Below are positions 22,083 to 28,626 of a stretch of 64,000 nucleotides of DNA, in pieces (positions within the stretch are counted from its first letter, which is position 1; each line of letters begins with the position of its first letter). This stretch comes from a virus, in UHGV virus genome UHGV-1430452; one strand, written 5' to 3'. A program made the translations under genes and the position numbers. The notes under the pieces are model-generated. The model ran no database searches. It worked only from the letters and a program-made list of their open reading frames with translations, and was not told the origin of the DNA.

Positions 22083-22298
22083 TTAATTATTGCTTGTGGT
22101 CCAACCCATGTTGTTCTGTGTGAATGAGTTGTTAATGCCGTTGATAGTTCTTACTCTATCCTCGTACAATGAATTGTCGCTAATGATGCTAACTCCGAAT
22201 TTCCATTTGAAGTCTGGAATTTCGTTAGCTGCTTTCATAGCTTCATCCCATTTCTCAAGGAAGACTTCTATCGCATATCCTCTCTCTACACTATCCAT
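22083..22298 (-). CDS. Hypothetical protein (71 aa)
   Basis: ORF track; AAAGGAGGGTAACGAC SD; box copy 22 upstream. Confidence 0.6.
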   Translation of the reverse strand: MDSVERGYAIEVFLEKWDEAMKAANEIPDFKWKFGVSIISDNSLYEDRVRTINGINNSFTQNNMGWTTSNN

Positions 22299-22325
22299 GT
22301 CGTTACCCTCCTTTATAATAATTTT

Positions 22326-22353
22326 CTATAAAGGAGCGTGTAATTTTCGCGAA
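22326..22353 (-). promoter_or_regulatory. Early-box copy 22
   Basis: Plus strand CTATAAAGGAGCGTGTAATTTTCGCGAA; the first copy downstream of the regulator gene. Confidence 0.55.
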
Positions 22354-22401
22354 TATCTAATCCCGTGCATTAATCAACTTCAGATTCTCACTTCGTTCTA
22401 A

Positions 22402-22821
22402 TCAATCCCTAGCATTCGATAGCAGCCAAAAGAACCTTCTGTACCTGTCGTAATACATGTCTCTACCGCACGGAATATCTAACTTTGACCGCAGGTAAGT
22501 ATACGATAAACCCTCTGTAACCGCTTTTAAAATGTAATCGTACAAATAACGGTCTGCATCCAAAGCTATCCTCTCGATTAGATCGATTTTCTCTTTATAA
22601 TAAGCTCTCAAGATTGCTCTCTTACCTGTTGGATCACCAGGCATATTGCTCGTTGGGATTTTCTCGATCATGGATAACGGTACAGAATGATCGTTAAAAG
22701 CAGCATAAGCACTCTTCCATATCGGATACTGTAAACAAAAATGTTTTAGTTCGTAATATCGATGTTTGCTAATCCAGTATTTGTTGTTCTCAGACAGCTC
22801 TGGACGTATTCTTGTTGCCAT
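22402..22821 (-). CDS. Putative phage transcription regulator (sigma region-4 / RinA-ArpU-like; tentative)
   Basis: 139 aa. It is the second gene (after the hand-called 56-aa ORF 22790..22960) downstream of cro in the early leftward operon. The C-terminal LSYTYLRSKLDIPCGRDMYYDRYRRFFWLL resembles HTH tails of small phage activators. No search was run. Confidence 0.35.
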   Translation of the reverse strand: MATRIRPELSENNKYWISKHRYYELKHFCLQYPIWKSAYAAFNDHSVPLSMIEKIPTSNMPGDPTGKRAILRAYYKEKIDLIERIALDADRYLYDYILKAVTEGLSYTYLRSKLDIPCGRDMYYDRYRRFFWLLSNARD

Positions 22822-22960
22822 TTTGATTTTTCTCCTTCAATTTATTCTTCCTGCATTTATCTGCTTTCTTCATAAATTTAACAGTGGCTTTTTCCAACTT
22901 CTCTCTATCAACTTCTCCATAAACATTAACGATAGCATTCTTATAACGGTATGTTTCCAT
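22790..22960 (-). CDS. Small basic protein (56 aa, METYRYKNAIVNVYGEVDREKLEKA...), below the ORF-track cutoff
   Basis: Hand translation. It starts 3 nt after the cro stop and overlaps the next gene by 32 nt. The SD is weak (GGAG 11 nt upstream). Confidence 0.35.
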   Translation of the reverse strand: METYRYKNAIVNVYGEVDREKLEKATVKFMKKADKCRKNKLKEKNQNGNKNTSRAV

Positions 22961-22962
22961 CA

Positions 22963-23172
22963 CTATTTACTCCGTGATAAGAATATGTCCAATGCTTCTA
23001 GGTTAGTTAATCCAAGAACCTCTTTTAACTTAGCCGCTTCATTTACCGTAAATGCATCAAATCCATTTAGCTTACGATAAAAAGAAGATCTGTTGATGTC
23101 GATCAGATCAGCGGTCTTAGCCACGTTCAATCCCTTTTCGACTATCTTGCCTTTTAATTTATTCGCATTCAT
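22963..23172 (-). CDS. Cro-like HTH regulator (69 aa from the SD-supported start)
   Basis: ORF track 22963..23181; GAGGTGA SD 8 nt before the ATG at 23172. LKGKIVEKGLNVAKTADLIDINRSSFYRKLNG is an HTH. It is divergent from the repressor. Confidence 0.7.
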   Translation of the reverse strand: MNANKLKGKIVEKGLNVAKTADLIDINRSSFYRKLNGFDAFTVNEAAKLKEVLGLTNLEALDIFLSRSK

Positions 23173-23214
23173 GCACATCACCTCTCGCTGTATTTGTCGC
23201 TTATCTGCAACAAC

Positions 23215-23247
23215 ACGAGAATATCACCAGCTTACTTTTTCTGTCAA
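23215..23247 (-). promoter_or_regulatory. Candidate leftward (cro/early) sigma-A-type promoter
   Basis: On the minus strand, TTGACA (plus 23242..23247) is followed after 16-18 nt by TGATATTCT. The exact -10 register is ambiguous. Confidence 0.45.
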
Positions 23248-23276
23248 TAACTTTTTCGCATAAAACGAAAACGATT

Positions 23277-23288
23277 TATTCTAGAATA
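23277..23288. promoter_or_regulatory. Perfect 12-bp palindrome TATTCTAGAATA between the divergent promoters (candidate operator)
   Basis: Read directly. AGAATA half-sites also occur at about 23218 and 23342. Confidence 0.4.
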
Positions 23289-23296
23289 CAATTTAT

Positions 23297-23325
23297 TTGC
23301 ATATATGCGATTTTGTGTGTATCAT
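23297..23325 (+). promoter_or_regulatory. Candidate rightward (repressor) promoter; the -35 overlaps the palindrome GCATATATGC (23299..23308)
   Basis: TTGCAT (23297..23302), a 17-nt spacer ending TGTG, then TATCAT (23320..23325). Confidence 0.5.
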
Positions 23326-23397
23326 ATGGATTGATAAGAGAAGAATAAGAAAGAGTCCTAAGACTCATCTTCGCGATAGTATAAAGGAGTTAACCGA

Positions 23398-23994
23398 ATG
23401 ACAATAGGACAAAAAATAAAAGAATTACGCAATCAACTTAATATGTCGGTGGATGATCTTGCTGTGAAACTGGGTAAGAACCGTGCGACTATCTACCGCT
23501 ATGAACGAGGAGATATCGAGAACCTCCCTCTCGATGTACTAGAACCATTAGCAAATGCTCTTGAGACCACACCTGGTTATTTAATGGGATGGGAAGAAAC
23601 TACGAAAAAGAAAGAGCCTTCAATTATCGATGAAGTTACCATGGGTGACGTTTTTAAAGCGTTACGTCTAGGAAGTAATTTATCGATAGAGGAATTTTCG
23701 CATGAGATTGGATTATCTGCCCAAGACATAAGCAATTATGAAGCAGGAAAGACTCCTATACCTGTAAATATAATTAATCTTGTTGCTGATTTCTTTGGCA
23801 TATCAATAGCGGAAATAGTTAAGGCACACAAAAACAGCGAAAATAGAACGCCTTCTGGTTTCGAAATGAAAAAGGAACGATTTGAACGTTTTAAAGTTTG
23901 GAATAAAGAGTTTGGACGAATACATTTTACTGATGAAGAAATCAATAAAATAATGGAATATACAAGGTTCTTACTTAGCCAAAGAAGACAGTAA
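23398..23994 (+). CDS. CI-like repressor with two XRE-type HTH domains and no S24 peptidase domain
   Basis: IGQKIKELRNQLNMSVDDLAVKLGKNRATIYRYERG and FKALRLGSNLSIEEFSHEIGLSAQDISNYEAG are both HTH_XRE-like. The C-terminus is short and lacks Ser/Lys protease motifs. Confidence 0.75.
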   Translation: MTIGQKIKELRNQLNMSVDDLAVKLGKNRATIYRYERGDIENLPLDVLEPLANALETTPGYLMGWEETTKKKEPSIIDEVTMGDVFKALRLGSNLSIEEFSHEIGLSAQDISNYEAGKTPIPVNIINLVADFFGISIAEIVKAHKNSENRTPSGFEMKKERFERFKVWNKEFGRIHFTDEEINKIMEYTRFLLSQRRQ

Positions 23995-24079
23995 GTCTAC
24001 ATAGGTTTACTCTATTTAAAGGAGGTGATGCCTGAATTCAGTTCATCGTAGAATTTACATCAAAGGAAAGGTGGAACCA

Positions 24080-25657
24080 ATGACAACGTTTGATATGAAC
24101 AACGCTGTAGACAATGCGTTCGGTATGGACGTATATGCTATCTATCTTCGGAAAAGTCGAGCCGATGTAGAAGCAGAAAAACTTGGAGAAGGAGAAACAC
24201 TAGCAAGGCATAGAAAGATACTAACAGAACTTGCTGCTAGAAAAGGATTGTATATCGGTAAGATTTACGAGGAAATTGTATCTGGTGAAACAATCGAAGC
24301 TAGACCTGAAATACAAAAACTGATAGAAGATTGTTATAAAGGGAAATATAGAGGAATCCTAATAGTAGAAGTTACTCGTCTATCTCGTGGTAATCAAGGA
24401 GACGCTCAAAAAATACTCGACTGTCTCAAATATTCGAATAGAAACAATGGTGTATTAGTTATCACTCCTACTAAGACTTATGACGTTGCACACAGCCAAG
24501 AAGACGAAGAATATATGGAGTTTGAATTGTTTATGTCTCGTCGAGAATATAAGATGATTCAAAAGCGTATGGATCGTGGCCGTAAACAAGCAGTCGTAGA
24601 AGGAAACTTCATGGGTAGTTACCGTCCCTATGGATATGACATCTTAAAAACCAAGACCGGACGAACACTTATACCGAATGAAGATGAAGCTCCTATCGTG
24701 AAAATGATTTACGAATGGACAGTTAACGATAATTTATCTCCTTTCAAGATAGCTGAGCGTTTAACTAATATGGGTGTTCCTACTTATTATGGTGAGAAGG
24801 ATTGGTCTAAAGAAACAGTTAAAACCATTTTGACGAATCAGACATACATGGGTAAAGTTCGTTGGAATGATCGAATGACTGTTAAGACTATGGTCGACGG
24901 AGAACTTAAAGCTACACGACCTCGTTCAAATCATTCCGATCACTTCATGCTATATGATGGAAAACATATGAAACACGCACTCGTCGACGAAGAAACATTC
25001 AAAGCAGCCTCCTCTCGCTTTCATAACGATAGGACAAGATCAAATCTAAAACTTGTTAATCCTCTTGCAGGACTTCTATTTTGTAAGAAATGTGGTAAAT
25101 CTATGGGTTATCAATCATATAGACATAAGAAAAACGGACCAATGGATCGATACAATCATAGACAGTCTGCTAATGGATGCAAGGTTAAGTCAGCAGTTGC
25201 TGAGGATGTTATAAAAGCTGTTATACATGCTTTGAAACTTTATATAGAAGATTTCGAATTTAAGTTAGACAACACTCCAGATGTTGACGAAAATTCAATC
25301 AATACGCAGCTCGAAGCTTTACAAAAAGAAATACGAAAATCCGAACGAAAACTTGCTAAGCTATTCGATTCTTGGGAAGATGAGAAGATAACAGATAATG
25401 AATTTGTTCAAAGGAAAGCCGTCCATAATCAGAAGATAGAAAATATAAAGAGGCAAATGGAAGAACTCGAATATTCGATACCAGAAAGAGAAGAATATGA
25501 GGATAAAATAATATTGCTGTCTGAAGCACTTGTCGCTATCACAGACGAATCGCTTGACGCAGATATTAAGAACGAGTATCTTAAAAGAATCATTGATAGA
25601 ATAGAGTTTAGTAGAGAGAATAACTCAGAGTTTATACTAGATATAGACTTATGCTAA
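24080..25657 (+). CDS. int: Large serine recombinase (integrase)
   Basis: YAIYLRKSRAD (catalytic Ser), VTRLSRG, a recombinase domain, the zinc ribbon CKKCGK...C and a C-terminal coiled coil. ATG at 24080 after AAAGGAAAGGTGG (the ORF-track GTG is at 24071). Confidence 0.85.
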   Translation: MTTFDMNNAVDNAFGMDVYAIYLRKSRADVEAEKLGEGETLARHRKILTELAARKGLYIGKIYEEIVSGETIEARPEIQKLIEDCYKGKYRGILIVEVTRLSRGNQGDAQKILDCLKYSNRNNGVLVITPTKTYDVAHSQEDEEYMEFELFMSRREYKMIQKRMDRGRKQAVVEGNFMGSYRPYGYDILKTKTGRTLIPNEDEAPIVKMIYEWTVNDNLSPFKIAERLTNMGVPTYYGEKDWSKETVKTILTNQTYMGKVRWNDRMTVKTMVDGELKATRPRSNHSDHFMLYDGKHMKHALVDEETFKAASSRFHNDRTRSNLKLVNPLAGLLFCKKCGKSMGYQSYRHKKNGPMDRYNHRQSANGCKVKSAVAEDVIKAVIHALKLYIEDFEFKLDNTPDVDENSINTQLEALQKEIRKSERKLAKLFDSWEDEKITDNEFVQRKAVHNQKIENIKRQMEELEYSIPEREEYEDKIILLSEALVAITDESLDADIKNEYLKRIIDRIEFSRENNSEFILDIDLC

Positions 25658-25680
25658 ATGGTGGCTTTGCTGCCTGTAAG

Positions 25681-25711
25681 ACCTGCACTAAAATGGTGTA
25701 GGTAACTTTTT
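25681..25711 (+). terminator. Intrinsic terminator after the integrase
   Basis: ACCTGCAC-taaaatg-GTGTAGGT followed by AACTTTTT. Confidence 0.55.
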
Positions 25712-25718
25712 CCCCGAC

Positions 25719-25766
25719 ATATATATCATGGTTGTGTTTCTTTTATATCGCCACCATGATATATAT
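25719..25766. repeat. 14-bp perfect inverted repeat ATATATATCATGGT / ACCATGATATATAT with a 20-bp spacer (attP or operator candidate)
   Basis: Read directly. ATATATC-like words recur five times between 25719 and 25812. The palindrome TTGATATATCAA lies at 25789..25800. Confidence 0.5.
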
Positions 25767-25813
25767 CACAGGGAAACTATTCTAAACGTTGATATATCAA
25801 GGAGGAGATATAC

Positions 25814-26065
25814 ATGAGAATAGTATGGAAAGACAGTGCGCCTAAAACAAAACCTTGGTTGACGTTCAAATATAGAGAACATATCGTTAGCCAATATGGA
25901 GATGGATGGATTACCGATATACCTGGTGATAACAATATCTATTTTCCGAGAGAGTGTGCTTATAATGCAATCGATAAGTCTCTAGGTGGAAAGACACGAA
26001 AAGCTAATCCTCAAAGACATAAATTAGGAATAAAAGTTATTGGTAGAAAGGACGATGTATCATGA
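25814..26065 (+). CDS. Hypothetical protein, tandem paralogue A (83 aa, MRIVWKDS...)
   Basis: ORF track; GGAGGAGATATAC SD. It shares MRIVWKDS, GW...I.GDNN.Y, A.NAID and G(I/K)..IG.K.D with the next gene. Confidence 0.65.
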   Translation: MRIVWKDSAPKTKPWLTFKYREHIVSQYGDGWITDIPGDNNIYFPRECAYNAIDKSLGGKTRKANPQRHKLGIKVIGRKDDVS

Positions 26066-26313
26066 GAATCGTATGGAAAGATAGTCATAAGCCAAAAGAA
26101 TATGAACCTATGAAATATCGAAATATTTACATCTTCGGTACTCCTGAAGGATGGGAAGTAAATATAAAAGGAGATAATAATCTATACAAGACTCATTACT
26201 GTGCTATGAATGCGATTGATGATTACTTTGGAGATTTTGGAGAACGTGGTACAGAAAAACGTAAACGATATGGAATACAAATAATAGGTAAGAAAAATGA
26301 TGAGACTGCATGA
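26062..26313 (+). CDS. Hypothetical protein, tandem paralogue B (83 aa, MRIVWKDS...)
   Basis: ORF track; its start overlaps the previous stop (ATGA). Confidence 0.65.
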   Translation: MRIVWKDSHKPKEYEPMKYRNIYIFGTPEGWEVNIKGDNNLYKTHYCAMNAIDDYFGDFGERGTEKRKRYGIQIIGKKNDETA

Positions 26314-26322
26314 ATCTCAAAA

Positions 26323-26356
26323 GCCACTTCCTTTTCTGGAGGTGGCATATTTTTAT
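26323..26356. terminator. Bidirectional intrinsic terminator between convergent genes
   Basis: GCCACTTCC-ttttct-GGAGGTGGC with a T-run on the plus side (ATATTTTTAT) and TTTTGAG on the minus side. Confidence 0.6.
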
Positions 26357-26361
26357 CTAGG

Positions 26362-26904
26362 TTAGACATTTCTATTTTCGTATGACGTAAATTTTACATT
26401 TGTGTACTCGTTAACCAAAAAGCTACATGCTTCATTAACTGTTTTAACGACGGATTCCCCTTCTATATAACTCTGATAATTCCTTCTTTGATTTTCAAAT
26501 TTAAGATCAGGTTCAACCATGGTATCTACACTTAACCATATTAGTTCCGTAGTATAGTCTTCGGTAAAATATCCTTTTATAAAAACCTCTTTCTTTCCAA
26601 CCGTTCCGATTAGTTTTATAAACGACATATCATGCTTCGTCAGATTAAACGCATATCTTATTCCTTTTACATATTGCCCGCCAAGTTTCCTCGACTTAAT
26701 TGTTTCATAGTAATTATCTTTATTGTTGTTCTTTTTATGCCACTCATCCGATATACAAATCCACATTAAAAGTTCGCTTAAAGTTGCAACCATGGATATG
26801 CTATTTTGTTTGTCGCTTGTGCTTAAATATTCATGAAATCTTTTATGAGATTCTCTTAATCCATGGTTTATATACATTAGCCTAAATTCTTCGACACTAT
26901 TCAT
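26362..26904 (-). CDS. Hypothetical stand-alone protein in the int-proximal moron position (180-183 aa)
   Basis: ORF track 26362..26913. The ATG at 26904 is better spaced from AAAGGAGGA. It is bracketed by terminators. No family recognised. Confidence 0.6.
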   Translation of the reverse strand: MNSVEEFRLMYINHGLRESHKRFHEYLSTSDKQNSISMVATLSELLMWICISDEWHKKNNNKDNYYETIKSRKLGGQYVKGIRYAFNLTKHDMSFIKLIGTVGKKEVFIKGYFTEDYTTELIWLSVDTMVEPDLKFENQRRNYQSYIEGESVVKTVNEACSFLVNEYTNVKFTSYENRNV

Positions 26905-26969
26905 TATCTGCATTCCTCCTTTTATCGTAATATTCGACCATATAGGAGAAATTTCCTTTTAACCATATG

Positions 26970-27002
26970 AAGAAAAATAAAAGGGGCTGTTTTATTCGCC
27001 CC
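26970..27002 (-). terminator. Intrinsic terminator ending the late (lysis) operon
   Basis: Minus strand: GGGGC-gaataaaaca-GCCCC followed by TTTTATTTTT. Confidence 0.7.
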
Positions 27003-27009
27003 AATTATT

Positions 27010-27318
27010 TTACATCTTGTGTGAAATCTCCTCGCAATGCTTTTCCAATGATTTGATTCGTTCTTCGTGACCCTGATTTTGAATTTTCAGCTCGTCTATT
27101 TCAGATCCATGATTCGTAACCCGAGTCTTCAAGTTATTAATCATCTCGGTCAAGAAGTTTATAGTCGCGTTGAGTTTGATTATGTTTTCGTTTAGCTTTT
27201 CGATAGGCTCATTTTTAGAATGTTCTTCCTGAGTAATATCCTTCCTCAGTTTCATATAGAAAGCGAACACTGAGCCTATGACTGTTAAGACAATGATTAT
27301 AACTTGATTCTCTGCCAT
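27010..27318 (-). CDS. XhlA-like membrane/coiled-coil lysis accessory protein
   Basis: It has an N-terminal TM (VIIIVLTVIGSVFAFYM) and a heptad coiled coil, and sits directly downstream of the holin. Confidence 0.5.
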   Translation of the reverse strand: MAENQVIIIVLTVIGSVFAFYMKLRKDITQEEHSKNEPIEKLNENIIKLNATINFLTEMINNLKTRVTNHGSEIDELKIQNQGHEERIKSLEKHCEEISHKM

Positions 27319-27320
27319 AG

Positions 27321-27614
27321 TTATTTTTCCTTCGCTGTATTATTATCGTCTTTCTTACCTTCTACAAATCTACTAAATCCCTGATGTAGACCTGTAGATG
27401 CCAGACCCATAACTGCACCATATACGATGGAATCGACAGAGATGCCGCTTACTGCCGTATTCAATGCTGCGCCGACAACAGCCAGGATGACTGGAATATC
27501 GTCGTTAGGGATACGTTTTAAAAAAGTCGCATGTTTGATGATATATCCAACCACCAGACAAGCGACCATTACTACAAGTACGAAATGTTCAGTTAAAATT
27601 TTTGCGAAATCCAT
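27321..27614 (-). CDS. Holin (97 aa; hydrophobic segments plus a charged C-terminus)
   Basis: Hydrophobic segments HFVLVVMVACLVVGYII, IPVILAVVGAALNTAV and IVYGAVMGLASTGL, then KKDDNNTAKEK. It lies at the end of the tail-fibre cluster. Confidence 0.7.
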   Translation of the reverse strand: MDFAKILTEHFVLVVMVACLVVGYIIKHATFLKRIPNDDIPVILAVVGAALNTAVSGISVDSIVYGAVMGLASTGLHQGFSRFVEGKKDDNNTAKEK

Positions 27615-27638
27615 TTTGAATTACCTTCCTTTCTTTTA

Positions 27639-28274
27639 CTAATTAACTTTTTCCCATCCAGCAGGATATGCCTCAGGGGAGTACACGTTGTTATCGATAA
27701 GTGAAACGTACTTCTCGTTATTGAATGTTATCTTATCTCCCTTTTTATATGCCGTCTCAGCGTTGATCGGCTGTTTAAATTCTGGATACTCAACGTTAGG
27801 ATCTGAGATTTCAACATACAAGGACGGAGAAACATCCGGCTTCCATTCTTCAGTAGATGTGAACGGATCTGACGCGACAACCTTATAGAATTTATCCTGA
27901 TAGATAAAGCGATCTCCTTTGCTATATGTAACTCCCACAACATATTCCGGATACATATATCTCATAATATAAGCATCTTTGTCAGAAGCTTGTTTAAGTG
28001 TAAGATCGAACTGCAACTCTTCAAGTTTCTTAGTTCCTTCTTCGATAGCTGCTTCTTTTTCTTTTTCTTTCAGGATATTATTGTAATGCTCTTCGTCATA
28101 AACTAGATGGTATTTCTTATCCTCTTCGTTAAGTTTCAAAGCATAACAATGTAATTTGGAAAGATCCACAACAGTATCATCGAGAATCGCACAAATATAA
28201 TTATTGCGTAATTGACGAAGAGAAATGTTAGTTATCTCTCCATTGACGTTTTCCGCTTCAACATAAACATTCAT
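27639..28274 (-). CDS. Hypothetical protein with two CBM5/12-like carbohydrate-binding motifs
   Basis: YSKGDRFIYQDKFYKV....W.P and YKKGDKITFNNEKYVS...P..YPAGWEKV resemble Y..GD.V.Y.G..Y......P....W. Confidence 0.4.
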   Translation of the reverse strand: MNVYVEAENVNGEITNISLRQLRNNYICAILDDTVVDLSKLHCYALKLNEEDKKYHLVYDEEHYNNILKEKEKEAAIEEGTKKLEELQFDLTLKQASDKDAYIMRYMYPEYVVGVTYSKGDRFIYQDKFYKVVASDPFTSTEEWKPDVSPSLYVEISDPNVEYPEFKQPINAETAYKKGDKITFNNEKYVSLIDNNVYSPEAYPAGWEKVN

Positions 28275-28290
28275 TGCTCATCACCTCCCC

Positions 28291-28626
28291 TTAAACATCA
28301 ACAGCCCCCGTATAGGAAGGCTGAGTTTTTAACCAATCGTATGCATTTTGAATTAGATCGCCTATAAGTAGTTTCTGAGCCTCATCCCATTCAATGCTAA
28401 GATAATCCATGTTGGTGTATGGAAAAGATGGCTCTCCTATGATTCTACCAGCCATATAATCCTTATCGTATTGACGACCTTCTTTATCAATGTACGATTC
28501 TACAATAATAGTAGCTCGCTGATTAATTTCTACGTTAATGGCGGCAATATGATGATAGCTTACTACTACACCATTAGCGGTTTTAATGTTTACTTCTATA
28601 GCCAAAATATCACTCCTAAACTCCAA
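28291..28626 (-). CDS. Putative tail-fibre assembly/chaperone-like protein, paralogue of 31069..31350
   Basis: Both small genes sit directly after a fibre gene. They share ..YH.I..I......I.V.SYID......AY.(W/Y)LKT.P.(Y/F).GA.D(V/I) at the C-terminus. Confidence 0.45.
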   Translation of the reverse strand: MEFRSDILAIEVNIKTANGVVVSYHHIAAINVEINQRATIIVESYIDKEGRQYDKDYMAGRIIGEPSFPYTNMDYLSIEWDEAQKLLIGDLIQNAYDWLKTQPSYTGAVDV

